A stretch of DNA of 64,000 nucleotides, taken from Planctomycetota bacterium. Its GTDB lineage: Bacteria; Planctomycetota; UBA1135; UBA2386. The stretch is from assembly GCA_947501605.1 (NCBI GenBank), contig CANMWZ010000001.1, forward strand, positions 300,297-364,296. Direction: 5' to 3'. Positions 29,348 through 39,569 of the stretch are shown one piece after another. The position numbers and the translations under genes are program-made. The notes beneath the pieces were generated by a model. The model was given only the letters and a program-made list of their open reading frames with translations. It did no database searches and was not told where the DNA came from. Position 1 is the stretch's first letter. The number at the start of each line of letters is the position of its first letter.

Positions 29348-29937
29348 CCAAGGCTACTTCTGACAAGCAAAGGAAACGTCCCGCCAAACCCAAGGTCGTG
29401 ATCCGTCCCGCGTTGGTCGCGGATGCGAAGCCGATCATGTCTCTCGTCAACGAACTCGCGATGCGACAGGTGATGCTGCCGCGGTCGCCGGCGTCGGTGA
29501 TCGAGAACATCCGCGACTTCGTCGTGGCCGAAGTCGACGGCAAGTTCGCCGGCACCGGCGCCCTCGCGATCACCTGGACCGACATCGCGGAGATCCGCTC
29601 TCTCGCGGTGTCGCCGGAACTCCACAAGCTGGGGATCGGTCGCAAGATCGTCGAAGCGCTGGTCGTCGACGCCCGCCGACTCGGTTTGGCCCGCTTGTTT
29701 GCGTTCACCTATGTGCCTGGCTTCTTCGAGAAGATGGGCTTCTCGATCTGCGCGCACGACGAGCTCCCGCACAAGGTGTTCAACGACTGCATGCACTGTC
29801 CGAAGTTTCAGGCCTGCGACGAGATCGCCATGGAACGCGTGCTCGATGAGTCCGCGCCCGCACGCCTGTTCGGCAAGCCGGTGCGCGCCATCCCGATGCC
29901 GATCCGCAAGGTGCCAAACGAGCTGAAGCCCGGCTGA
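29344..29937 (+). CDS. argA: Short GNAT amino-acid N-acetyltransferase (ArgA-like N-acetylglutamate synthase)
   Basis: MLPRS, AEIRSLAV, GIGRKIV, FAFTYVPGFF, LPHKVFNDCMHCPKF. Last gene of the arg operon. Confidence 0.85.
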   Translation: MTKATSDKQRKRPAKPKVVIRPALVADAKPIMSLVNELAMRQVMLPRSPASVIENIRDFVVAEVDGKFAGTGALAITWTDIAEIRSLAVSPELHKLGIGRKIVEALVVDARRLGLARLFAFTYVPGFFEKMGFSICAHDELPHKVFNDCMHCPKFQACDEIAMERVLDESAPARLFGKPVRAIPMPIRKVPNELKPG

Positions 29938-29962
29938 TCGCCACGCCGCGATCGCCGATACC

Positions 29963-30512
29963 TCAGTTCCGCGCCATCGCCTTGGCCGCGGGCTCGTAAC
30001 CCAGGACCAGCAAGCGCTCGTCCGCGGCGGCATCGTCGGTCACCACGACCAGGCACTCGCGGTTGTGCAGATGCGAGTCGAGTCGACGCGGGCCGCGGCT
30101 GCCAACCGCGACCTCAGCATCCCCATTTCCCATCACGCCGGCAGCTCGCGGCGCGCCAGCTGCGCGCGAACCGCTTCGCTGCGCGCGCCATGGTGCGGTG
30201 GCAGGTAGCGCCCTCGCTGACAGTAGGTCTGCGTGACCCACAGCGGCACTCCGCGCAACTTCGACAACTCGTCGAGCAACCCTTGCACCTTTGGCCTGAG
30301 GTCCGCGTTGGCCGTCACGCAGGACTGCGCGCCCGCCGTCGCATCGTGGCCGCGGTCGACGGCGATGGTGTGGTGCTCGCTCCCTTGCACGCGTGTGCAA
30401 CCTGCGCCGCAGCGCTGACGAGGTCGAGCTCTGCGCCCACCTCGGGCCATGCGGCAATGGCGGCGAGAATCCGCGGCGGGAGGCGCCGCTGGCGGCCGAA
30501 GTACGTGACCAT
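29963..30512 (-). pseudogene. Possible decayed carbamoyltransferase (NodU/CmcH C-terminal domain) remnant
   Basis: DATAGAQSCVTAN...LLDELSKLRGVPLWVTQTYCQRG loosely resembles DGTARxQTV...LLxxF...GVPxLxNTSFNxRG. Fragments lie in different frames with no clean start. Confidence 0.3.
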
Positions 30513-30727
30513 CCGGCGAGCGGGGAAGCGTAGGCAACGAGAACAGGGGGTCATGGTGCGGTGTTCGCATTCCGCGCAGGCGCATCGAAGTCGCCCACCG
30601 GCCCCCGCCGCGCCGAATCCCAGTCAGCGCCACCGGTTTCCAAGGAACGGCTCGCGCACCCCGCGTGCATTCGTTACCCGTGGAGCATGCGGCACAGAAG
30701 TCGCATGACCCCGCGCAGGACCCCTTG

Positions 30728-33004
30728 ATGAATCTGCAATCGGCCCGTCGTTCCTTCTCACTCCCTTTTCTCTCGACCCTCGTCTTGCTGACCGCGTGCG
30801 GTGGCGGCGGTGGCGGTGGTGGCGGCGGCAGCGGCGGCGGCGGCGGCCCAGTCCCCACGACTCCCGTCAGTGCCAATCACAGCGGCTTGCTGTCGGCAGC
30901 AGCTGGAAACGCCGCAGTACGGGTGCACTGGCGACTCCCCGGTGCAGGCTTCGAGGCGGCACTGTTTCACAGCGCGACGAGTGCCAACATCGTCAGTGGC
31001 GCACCAGCCCAGTCGGGGCTCACGGGCACCGCGGCGACGGTCAGTAGCCTGACCAACGGCACCGAGCGGTTCTTTGCCCTCGGAATCCGGCCGACCGGCG
31101 GCTCGACCTGGACCCAAGCCGGGCAGGTTCTGCGCGCGCGTCCCTCGGCCACCACGATCCACGTCGACGCCAGCGCCGCCCCAGGCGGCAACGGCTCGCT
31201 GGCGACGCCTTTCCGCACGCTGCAGGAAGGCCTGACCGCCGCGGGCTCCAACCCGGCGGCCAACGTCTGGGTGCGTGACGGCAGCTACTCGAGCGGTGTG
31301 CTCGCGTCCGGCGCCAACGTCTACGGCGGCTTCGCCACCTTCTCGATCACCGATCGAGACCCGGGCGCTGGCAACACGATCGTGACCGCCGGCTCGTTCC
31401 AGGCCGCGCTCGCAGCGAACACGGTTGGCACCCGCATCATCCTCGACGGCTTCGCACTCGCCGGCAACAGCGTCGGCTTCTACGGCATCGACCAGCAGAA
31501 CATCGATCTCGATGTGCGTTCGGTCTCGATCCGCAGCTTCGTCGACCGCGGCGTGCGCCTGCGCAACACCAGCGCCAATGAAAACGTGAAGGCGCAGTTC
31601 GTTGCGTGCACCGTGCAATCGAATGGCGCTGACGGCATCAACGTGCTCGGCCCGTTCGATCTCACGATCGACGCCTGCGCCTTCGACGCCAACACCCAAG
31701 AAGGCATCGACTGCGGCTCCTTGATCGCGCTGACCGGCCTGTCGTCGACGCTGGCGATCACGCACAGTCGCTTCGCCAACAACGGTGCCGAAGGCCTCGA
31801 CGCGAGCCTTGACCGACCGCTCGGAGTGACGTCTGGCAGCGCCAGCTTCGATGTCGCGATCAGCGCCTGCACCTTCTCGGGCAACGCGCTCGATGGCCTG
31901 CTGATCGACCAGGAGCACGAAGCCGCGGCCGGGTGGACGATGCGGGCCGTGGTCCGCGACTGTGTAGCCTCCAACAATGCGCTCGCCGGAGTCCACGTCG
32001 ACTTCGACGCGCAGGGGCAAGTGCTGCTGCACGGCATCCGCTCGACGGCCAACGGCACCGACGGCATCCTCATCACCTCCGAGGTGAATCCAGGCCACGC
32101 GGTCGTCTCGGCCTCGCACCTCGCCGGCAATCTGGGCGCCGGTATCCGCACCTCGCTGGGCAACAAGATCGTGCTGGCCTCGCACTGCGTCTTCGCCGGC
32201 AATCAGGCCGGTGGCTTCCTCAGCGCCAGTGCCGCGCGCGAGTCAGCCGCCACCAACTGCATCTTCGACCTGCAGTCGAACCCGACGAGCCTAGTGCGCC
32301 AATTCAGCAACGTGACGGCCAGCAGTGCGACCGCCGCGATCTTCGTCAACGCGCCAAACGCTTACGGCCGCGCGACCGCGCACGCCAACGGCGTGCTGAC
32401 CATGTCCGCGGCTCCGACGTTCACGGCGGGCGCGCAAGTCGAACTCGGCGACAACTCGACGGCGCTGAGCGTCTCGCAAGTCGTCGGCAACAGCGTCGTC
32501 CTCGGCTCGACGCCGACGCTCTTGCGGCTGCCCGTGGGTGTCGCGGCGTTCCCGTCAACCTCGGTCGTGGACAACCTCGCGCTGACCGGCGGCTCCGCTG
32601 CGATCGCTCAGGGTATGCAGGAAGCTGGCGGGGCCAACGTCGACGCCGGTCCGGTCGGTTCGCCACTGGTGGTCACGCCAGGCGTCGCCCTCGACATCCC
32701 GGACCCGTTCTTCTGGCTCGACCAAGTCACCCCTGCTCCCAACGTGGCGCTAGGCCAGAGCCAGGCCGTGACCTTGCGGTTCTCCGATGCGGTGACCAGC
32801 GGCTCGGTGACCAACACGAGCGTGCGCGCGGTCAACACCTCGAATGCAACCATCGCCGCGGGCATCAGCGTCGTCGGATCGACGATCACGCTGACTCCCC
32901 CAGGGGGCGGCTGGCCATCGGGTGCGATTCGTCTCGAACTGCACCGCGGCGTCGCGTCGGGCGGAATCTCTCTGACCCATCCGACGATCTACCCGCTGCG
33001 CTGA
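30728..33004 (+). CDS. Surface lipoprotein with right-handed parallel beta-helix and Ig-like domains
   Basis: Lipobox LLTAC followed by a poly-Gly linker, FN3-like segment, GNGSLATPFRTLQEG motif, repeated NxxxG beta-helix turns, C-terminal Ig-like LRFSDAVTSGSV. Confidence 0.85.
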   Translation: MNLQSARRSFSLPFLSTLVLLTACGGGGGGGGGGSGGGGGPVPTTPVSANHSGLLSAAAGNAAVRVHWRLPGAGFEAALFHSATSANIVSGAPAQSGLTGTAATVSSLTNGTERFFALGIRPTGGSTWTQAGQVLRARPSATTIHVDASAAPGGNGSLATPFRTLQEGLTAAGSNPAANVWVRDGSYSSGVLASGANVYGGFATFSITDRDPGAGNTIVTAGSFQAALAANTVGTRIILDGFALAGNSVGFYGIDQQNIDLDVRSVSIRSFVDRGVRLRNTSANENVKAQFVACTVQSNGADGINVLGPFDLTIDACAFDANTQEGIDCGSLIALTGLSSTLAITHSRFANNGAEGLDASLDRPLGVTSGSASFDVAISACTFSGNALDGLLIDQEHEAAAGWTMRAVVRDCVASNNALAGVHVDFDAQGQVLLHGIRSTANGTDGILITSEVNPGHAVVSASHLAGNLGAGIRTSLGNKIVLASHCVFAGNQAGGFLSASAARESAATNCIFDLQSNPTSLVRQFSNVTASSATAAIFVNAPNAYGRATAHANGVLTMSAAPTFTAGAQVELGDNSTALSVSQVVGNSVVLGSTPTLLRLPVGVAAFPSTSVVDNLALTGGSAAIAQGMQEAGGANVDAGPVGSPLVVTPGVALDIPDPFFWLDQVTPAPNVALGQSQAVTLRFSDAVTSGSVTNTSVRAVNTSNATIAAGISVVGSTITLTPPGGGWPSGAIRLELHRGVASGGISLTHPTIYPLR

Positions 33005-33138
33005 TGGCCGAAGCCACGACGCAGCGCGGCGGACTCACTGCCCGGTGCGCTGGCACCTCGCCCAATCGGATCGCCTGCCGCTAGTAGGCGGGCAGAGGCA
33101 ATGGCGACGGACCTGCCGCTCGCTATCCTGCGCGGCCC

Positions 33139-34332
33139 ATGGCCGACCACGTCGCGACGATCGCCCCCATCGCCCTCCCCGAGGGCTTCTCGGCCAACGC
33201 TCTCCACTGCGGCCTTCGCAAGGACCCGACGCACGCGGATCTCGGTCTCTTGCTGTGCGACACGGCACGTCCGGCTGCCGCCATCTACACGCAGAACCGC
33301 CTCGTCGGCGCCCACGTGCAGGTTTGCCGCGAGCATCTCGCCAAGAGCGGCGGCCTTGTTCGCGCCATCCTGGTCAACGCCCGCAACGCCAACTGTGCGA
33401 CCGGCGAACAGGGTGTGCTCGACGCCCGCGAATGCTGCGCCGCCTTGGCCCAGCGCCTTGGTTGCCCGACGGAGCACGTGCTGATGGCGAGCACCGGACC
33501 AATTGGCGCGCCACTGCAGAAGGACAAGATCCTCGCCAAACTCGACGCTCTGGTCTTGGGTGCGAGCACCGGCAAGGCGCACGAGTTCGCCCGCGCGATC
33601 ATGACGACGGACACGTTTCCGAAGGCGCGCACGACGACGTTCGCGGGCAACGGCAGTCAGCGACGTGCAACCGGCTTCAGCAAGGGCGCGGGCATGATTC
33701 ATCCAAACATGGCGACGATGCTGGCCTTCACTGTCGCCGATGCGGTTCCGCACGGTGGCCTGCAAGCGATGGTGAAGCGCATCGCCGATCGCAGCTACCA
33801 CCGCGTCACGATCGATGGCGACACATCGCCGAACGACACCTTTGTCGTCTGGGGCGGAGGCACCGAGGTGCCGGCAGCGGTGTTCGAGGACGCGGTCACG
33901 TCGCTGAGTCAGCAGTTGGCCCGCTTGATTGCAGCCGACGGCGAAGGTCTCACGCGCCTGATCACCGTGCAGGTGCGCGGCGCAGCGACGGAGGACGAAG
34001 CCAACCACGTCGGCCGCACGATCGGCACGAGCCCGCTGGTCAAGACGGCTGTGGCGGGCCTCGATCCGAACTGGGGCCGCATCCTGTCGGCAGCCGGCCG
34101 TGCCGGCGTTCCGTTCGACGCGGCCAAGGCCCGGGTTTGGGTCGGCGAGGCGGAGGTCTACCACCTCGGTGTGCCGCACCCCGAACGCGAAGGCGTCGCG
34201 CACGCGCACTTGAAGAACAACAAAGAAGTCGTGCTCGGCGTCGACCTCGGCCGCGGCACCGCAAGCGCTGATATCTGGACCTGCGACCTGACCAAGGACT
34301 ACGTGCAGATCAACGCCGACTACCGCTCGTGA
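33139..34332 (+). CDS. argJ: Ornithine acetyltransferase / N-acetylglutamate synthase
   Basis: NANCATG, IMTTDTFPK, KGAGMIHPNMATML (autocleavage Thr), DGDTSPND, DGEG, NWGRI, WTCDLTKDYVQINADYRS. Confidence 0.96.
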   Translation: MADHVATIAPIALPEGFSANALHCGLRKDPTHADLGLLLCDTARPAAAIYTQNRLVGAHVQVCREHLAKSGGLVRAILVNARNANCATGEQGVLDARECCAALAQRLGCPTEHVLMASTGPIGAPLQKDKILAKLDALVLGASTGKAHEFARAIMTTDTFPKARTTTFAGNGSQRRATGFSKGAGMIHPNMATMLAFTVADAVPHGGLQAMVKRIADRSYHRVTIDGDTSPNDTFVVWGGGTEVPAAVFEDAVTSLSQQLARLIAADGEGLTRLITVQVRGAATEDEANHVGRTIGTSPLVKTAVAGLDPNWGRILSAAGRAGVPFDAAKARVWVGEAEVYHLGVPHPEREGVAHAHLKNNKEVVLGVDLGRGTASADIWTCDLTKDYVQINADYRS

Positions 34333-34339
34333 TCGGCGC

Positions 34340-34948
34340 TCACTCCGGCGTGCGCTTCTTCTGCTGTCGAGCGCGATAGACCGCCGGCGGCGCAACGTCC
34401 TTCTGCTGCCACCAATCGCGGTGGTCGCGCGCGTCGCCAGCCAACGTCGCGACCCAACCGATCGACGCCTCGGGCACGCTGTCGCAGTACGGCAGATAGG
34501 GCTTCACGTCGAGGATCGGCGTGCCATCCAGGATGTCGTGGTCACCGACCTGAAGCACGCGCTTGTCGACGGACAGCAACTGCAGGCATGAGAGCCCAAT
34601 CGGATTGGGCCGTGCCGGAGCGCGCGTTGCAAACACTCCCCGCTTCTGGGTGTCGCGCGGCGGCATGACCTTGCTGTTCCAACCGCGCGTGTGGTGGCAA
34701 ACGAACAGCACCCACACGTGACTGAAACCACCGAGGTCGTGAAGGCAGTTCTGCAGTCCTTCGGCGATGTGGATCTCGCCTCGTACGACCGCCGCCGGTG
34801 CCTTGGGGTCACGACCAACCTCGGTCGCCACGGCTTGCGCCCGCGGCTGGCGCGGCGCCTCGTGATGCAGCACGAGTGGCGAACGCATCACGCCAATCGG
34901 CCGCAGCACGATCGCGAGCGGCTCAGCCCACGCGCGTGGCTTGCTCAC
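34340..34948 (-). CDS. trmO: tRNA t6A37 N6-methyltransferase TrmO/TsaA
   Basis: PIGVMRSP, PRQ, FSHVWV, GVFATRAPARPNPIGLS, DILDGTPILDVKPY. Confidence 0.93.
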   Translation of the reverse strand: MSKPRAWAEPLAIVLRPIGVMRSPLVLHHEAPRQPRAQAVATEVGRDPKAPAAVVRGEIHIAEGLQNCLHDLGGFSHVWVLFVCHHTRGWNSKVMPPRDTQKRGVFATRAPARPNPIGLSCLQLLSVDKRVLQVGDHDILDGTPILDVKPYLPYCDSVPEASIGWVATLAGDARDHRDWWQQKDVAPPAVYRARQQKKRTPE

Positions 34949-35439
34949 CGCGGCGCTGCGGCTCGCGGCGCCTTTGGCACCTTGATCTTCTGGCCTTGCT
35001 TCAGCCGCCGCGTGTCGCGCTCGGTCAGGCCGTTCAACGTCATCAGTTCTTTGAAGCGCTTCGCCGTTCCGAGGTGCTTGGAGGCGACGTCCATCAACGT
35101 CTCGTTGGCACCGAGCGCAACCTCGAAGGTCGCCATGTCCGTCGCCAGCGAGGGATCTGGCTTCGCTGGCACTCTGGGGTCTGCGATCGGTTCCGTTTGC
35201 GGCTCCTGCTGCGGCGCATCCGTGTTGGGTTTCGGCTCGGATTGCGGTGCCGGCGCTGGTAGCGGCTCAGGTGTCGGCAACAGCTCGACACCGAGTTTTT
35301 GCAACGACCCCGCGAGCGAGCGAGCGGCGCCGCCGAGCTCGAGCACGAGCTCTCCATCCCCCGCGACACGAGCCGACGATCCCGGCGCGCACGCAGCTGC
35401 AAACACGAACACGACGCCGCCTAGAAGCCACCACCGCAT
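34945..35439 (-). CDS. LysM-domain lipoprotein
   Basis: Lipobox-like AAAC, Pro-rich linker, C-terminal ETLMDVASKHLG...LMTLNGL...LKQGQKIKVP. Confidence 0.85.
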   Translation of the reverse strand: MRWWLLGGVVFVFAAACAPGSSARVAGDGELVLELGGAARSLAGSLQKLGVELLPTPEPLPAPAPQSEPKPNTDAPQQEPQTEPIADPRVPAKPDPSLATDMATFEVALGANETLMDVASKHLGTAKRFKELMTLNGLTERDTRRLKQGQKIKVPKAPRAAAPR

Positions 35440-35520
35440 CCGCGCATCATCGGGGCATCCGGGCCGCGCAGCAACGATCGAGCTTGCGCGGCCCGACGCG
35501 ATCTTGGAGAACTCTCCGTC

Positions 35521-36306
35521 GTGTCGCTGCGCGCCCTGCTGCTCAACCTGCTGCCCAAGGTTCTGGTATCGCGAGCGACCGGCTGTGCGGCGTCGCTGCC
35601 GCTGCCCCGATCCGTTCGCGCGCCGTTCTACCGCTGGTTCGCCCGCCGCTACGGCGCAGACCTCGATCAGCTACTGGCGCCGCTCGACTCGTTCCGCAGC
35701 CTGCAGGCCTTCTTCCAACGCGAACTTCGCTCGGAGGCACGGCCGATCGCGACGACACCGTTGGTCTGGCCGTGTGATGGGCGCATCGTCACGACCGGGC
35801 CGGTGCGTGCAGGACGCATCGAGCAGGTGAAGGGGCATGACTACGCGCTGGCGGACCTGCTTGCCGATGGCGATGCCGCAGCGGCGTTTGCCAACGGCAC
35901 CCAAGCCACGGTCTACCTAGCCCCCGGCGACTACCACCGCGTGCATGCCCCCTTCGATCTCCTGGTCGAACGGGTCGTGGCCGTGCCCGGCACGCTGTTT
36001 CCGGTCAACCCGCCGGCGGTTGCCTGCATCCGTGACCTGTTCGCACGCAACAGCCGCCACGTGTTCCACTGTCGATTGCAGGACGGGCGCCGGGCCGCAG
36101 TCGTGATGGTCGGCGCCTTCAACGTGGGCGGCACCAGCGTCACGGCGGGAGCAGGCCAACATCTGGGTCGCGGCGGTGAGCTAGGCCGCTTCGGCTTCGG
36201 CTCGACGGCGATCGCGGTCGTAGCTGGAGGCGGCCCAGGCTTTGAGACCCTGTTGCCGTCGACGCGCGTATGGATGGGCGCTGCCGCGCAATCTCGCCCG
36301 AGCTGA
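35521..36306 (+). CDS. psd: Phosphatidylserine decarboxylase proenzyme
   Basis: FFQRELR, PCDG, QVKGHDY, YLAPGDYHRVHAP, VGAFNVG, ELGRFGFGST cleavage site. Confidence 0.93.
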   Translation: MSLRALLLNLLPKVLVSRATGCAASLPLPRSVRAPFYRWFARRYGADLDQLLAPLDSFRSLQAFFQRELRSEARPIATTPLVWPCDGRIVTTGPVRAGRIEQVKGHDYALADLLADGDAAAAFANGTQATVYLAPGDYHRVHAPFDLLVERVVAVPGTLFPVNPPAVACIRDLFARNSRHVFHCRLQDGRRAAVVMVGAFNVGGTSVTAGAGQHLGRGGELGRFGFGSTAIAVVAGGGPGFETLLPSTRVWMGAAAQSRPS

Positions 36307-36484
36307 AGCGGCAGGTAGCTGGAGGGCAGGTAGCTGGAAGAGCAGGGCACCGGAAAGCGCCACGGGAGGATCGCGCACCCCACCGAGCATGGCTCACCGG
36401 CATCACGGCGCGCCACCGGGAGGCCGTCCTCGGCGGTGGGACCACGACGAGTCGCCGCCGTTGCGGCCAAGACTCGGGACGGGC

Positions 36485-38077
36485 TCAGGATCCGGCGATG
36501 CGGAGTGCGAGCTTGGCCTCTTCGCCCATGCGGCCCTTGTGGCGCTGGGCAATGTGCAGCAGCAAGTCCTGACCGAAACGACGTTCGGCACCCACGGTCT
36601 GTGAGAAGTAGCTCGCTAGCTTGAGTTGCTGCTCGGGTGGCAGAGTCGTGTCCTTCTTGACGCGCTCGAACAGCGGAAACCCATCGCGGAGCAGCACCGT
36701 GAAGAAGCCCATCGCGGCGTTGCCTGGCGCGGCACCGTCGCCCCCGGGCCGGACCGTGTCCTGCATCAGCCTCGTGACGGCGAGTTGGTAGTGACCTTCG
36801 ACGTCCAGCATGTCCTTGGCCGCAAGGCGCGCAAGCACATGGAGAGCCTCAGGGAATCGACGCGCCTTGCGCCAACGGAGGGCGCGATCCAGCAGGAATG
36901 GCACCAGCTTCTGGCCACCCGCTGCGAGTGCGACGTCTTGCAGATGGTCGGCGACCAGCGCCTTCTGCGACAGCAGCTTGGTCGCTCGTTCGGCAATCGA
37001 CTTGGCGAGCTTCGGTTGGATGTGCGCGGCCAGTCGGACCAGCAGACCGCTCAGGGCCGAGGCCTCGACCGGATCCCTTGCGAGTTGCAACTGACGCAGC
37101 AGCGGCTCGACCGCCAGCTTGCTCGACGACAGCAACTCCTCCGCCGCGGCGCGGAACCGCGAATCCTCATGGTCGCGCAGCTTGAGCGCCACCTTGACGG
37201 TCTCTGCCGACGCGTGGCCGCGCAACGCGCGCAGGGCAAACAGTCGCTGCTCGACGTTGCGCGAGGCGAGCATCTTCTCGAGCGGCGCATCGAGGCCATC
37301 GGGCCAGACCGACATCGATGCCAGCACGTCGCGAACGGCATCGTGTACTGGCTGCTGCGCTGTGTCCTCCAACTGGGCAAGGAACGCCTTCACTTGAACG
37401 ACGGTGAGCTCTTGGCCTCGAAGTGCCGCGAGCGCCGCGAGGCGGATCGGCAACGCCGACTTGTCGCCCACGTGGTGCAGCAACATCGTCTTGGCGCCGC
37501 CAGCATCGATCACCGCCAACACGCCGATGACACTCGCTACGGCGGCGTCCGGCATCGGCTCCTTCATTGCCGCGAGGAGCCCCTCGCGCAAGGACTTGCG
37601 CACCGGCTCGGTCATCGTTGGAGCCGCATCCAGCACGAGTTTCGCGACCTGGGCGCTGAGCTCCGGCGCCGCCATCGCCCGAACAAAGGCCTGCACCGTG
37701 TCCTTGGTCAACAGGCGGGCCAGCACCTGCAACAGCCGAAGGCGCCGATCTGCCGGAGCCGCGTCGACCGCTTCGACGATCGCTGGATGCGACGCGACGC
37801 CGGATTCGCCAAGGAGGTGCGATGCCTGATCGACCAACCCCTCGTGTTCCACCAGCGAGCGGACCACCACGCGCAGTGCTTCGGCGGTGCCGATGCGGGC
37901 CAAGGCCTCAATCGCAAAGCGCGCCAACACATGCGAGCGCGCGGTCGCAGCGCTCAAGGACTTCACCGCCGCAGGCTCCTTGATGCCGAGTTCGCCGAGA
38001 ATCTGAGCTGCAGCGACCTGCAACTCCGGGCGACCCGTATCCAAGATGCTGACGATTGCCTTTACGGTATCGTTCAT
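36485..38077 (-). CDS. HEAT-repeat-like all-helical protein
   Basis: ATG at 38077. Repeated motifs LQVAAAQILGELG, FAIEALARIGT, IRLAALAALRG, RLFALRALRG. Confidence 0.8.
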   Translation of the reverse strand: MNDTVKAIVSILDTGRPELQVAAAQILGELGIKEPAAVKSLSAATARSHVLARFAIEALARIGTAEALRVVVRSLVEHEGLVDQASHLLGESGVASHPAIVEAVDAAPADRRLRLLQVLARLLTKDTVQAFVRAMAAPELSAQVAKLVLDAAPTMTEPVRKSLREGLLAAMKEPMPDAAVASVIGVLAVIDAGGAKTMLLHHVGDKSALPIRLAALAALRGQELTVVQVKAFLAQLEDTAQQPVHDAVRDVLASMSVWPDGLDAPLEKMLASRNVEQRLFALRALRGHASAETVKVALKLRDHEDSRFRAAAEELLSSSKLAVEPLLRQLQLARDPVEASALSGLLVRLAAHIQPKLAKSIAERATKLLSQKALVADHLQDVALAAGGQKLVPFLLDRALRWRKARRFPEALHVLARLAAKDMLDVEGHYQLAVTRLMQDTVRPGGDGAAPGNAAMGFFTVLLRDGFPLFERVKKDTTLPPEQQLKLASYFSQTVGAERRFGQDLLLHIAQRHKGRMGEEAKLALRIAGS

Positions 38078-38350
38078 ATGCAGTGACCTCAGCTCATTGC
38101 ACTCTCCCCACCCACCCGGGCACGGACGGAGGAGGTCGAGGGCGGGGGGATTATGACAAAGGCCAGCGACCACGCCAAGGACGTGTCCACGGTCCGCGAA
38201 GAAAGCCTGATCCGGCGATGTAGCCTCGTGGTCGCCGAACGGAAAACCAGATACGAGCTTGGGTAACCGTCAGCGAAGCCAGTGTGGAGCGATTGCGAAG
38301 GGCGGCCGCGGCATTGCGGGGAAAGCCCGCCCGCCTACGCTCTCCGGCCC

Positions 38351-39538
38351 TTGCGCCTGCTGATCGTCGCCCCCTTCCTCCCTGACCCGAGCGCCGCGCA
38401 CGGCGGTGGGAGCTACGTCGGGACGCTGTGCGAAGCGCTGCAGCACCACGCCGAGCTGGGCTTGGTCGCGCACGTTCGGCCGGACGAAATGGTCCATCTC
38501 CGCACCAGAACCTGGCCCTACCGCTACGTGGCGCCGGTCGAGGCCGGAGAGCGCCCGCGCGGCGCGCAGCGACTCGCACACCAGGCGCACATGCTGCTCC
38601 GGTGGGGCCTCCTTCGGCAACCGCTAGTCGCAGCGAAGAGCAACTCGCCCGGGATGCACTTTGCGGTGCGCAAGGCCGTAGCCGAGTTCGCACCCGATGC
38701 AGCCTTGTTGGAACTGGCGCAGTCGGCGCAGTTCCTGCCCGACCTCGGCAACCTGCCGACGATTCTGACTGACCACGAGGCCGGTGTGCCCGCCAACACC
38801 CGCACCGACCTCGGGGCATGGGCCGATCAACGCGACCGCCGACTCTGGCGCGGCTACGTGCAGCGCTACTACCCCCGCGCCAGCCTGCTCCAGGCGGTCA
38901 CCGAAGAGGACGCTCGCGAACTCGCCGCCATGCTCGGCCGCGCCGTCGAAGTCCGCCCGCCGGTGGTCCAGGTGCCCGAGCACCCGGTAGCCCGACTCGG
39001 CACTCCACCGCGAGTGCTGTTTTTTGGTAGCTACCGCCACGACCCCAATCCGGAAGCTGCAGCCATCGTGGCACGCAAGATTCTGCCGCGCATCCGCGCC
39101 GTCCTGCCGACGGCGGAGCTCTGGTTGGCTGGTCCAGACAGCGATCGCATTGCCGTGCTCGCGGACTTGCCCGGCGTGTGCGTGGTCGGCTTCCAACCCG
39201 ACCTCAAGGCGATGCTCGCGCAGGTGCGACTGGTGCTGACACCGATGTACTCAGGCGGCGGCTTTCGCATGAAGTCGCTGTCGGCCCTCGCCCACGGAGT
39301 CCCCGTGGTGACGAACGCGCTCGGCGCACGGGGGTTGCGCGTGCCGATGCCGGCGCGCGTGGTCGCCGAGAGCTACGACGACCTCGCGGCGGCAGCCGTG
39401 GCGCTGCTGCGCGACGAGAACGCCGCGGCAGTCGCCGGCCGCGCCGCGCACGCCTTTGCGCAGCAGCACTTGGCGCCGGCCGCCGTCGCCAAGCTCCAGA
39501 TCGAGCGCGTGCAAGCACTGCTCGCCGCGCGTCAGTGA
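38351..39538 (+). CDS. Glycosyltransferase family 4
   Basis: Likely TTG start (MRLLIVAPFLP). FFGSYRHDPN, GGGFRMKSLSALAHGVPVVTNALGARG. Confidence 0.9.
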   Translation: MRLLIVAPFLPDPSAAHGGGSYVGTLCEALQHHAELGLVAHVRPDEMVHLRTRTWPYRYVAPVEAGERPRGAQRLAHQAHMLLRWGLLRQPLVAAKSNSPGMHFAVRKAVAEFAPDAALLELAQSAQFLPDLGNLPTILTDHEAGVPANTRTDLGAWADQRDRRLWRGYVQRYYPRASLLQAVTEEDARELAAMLGRAVEVRPPVVQVPEHPVARLGTPPRVLFFGSYRHDPNPEAAAIVARKILPRIRAVLPTAELWLAGPDSDRIAVLADLPGVCVVGFQPDLKAMLAQVRLVLTPMYSGGGFRMKSLSALAHGVPVVTNALGARGLRVPMPARVVAESYDDLAAAAVALLRDENAAAVAGRAAHAFAQQHLAPAAVAKLQIERVQALLAARQ

Positions 39539-39569
39539 CTCCGGGGGAGATCGGTGCGCGCGGGCTTCG

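Noticed and set aside
38166..38235. Inverted repeat GCGACCACG/CGTGGTCGC in the divergent promoter region
   Set aside because: A single 9-bp GC-rich stem with no supporting nested structure; plausible by chance.
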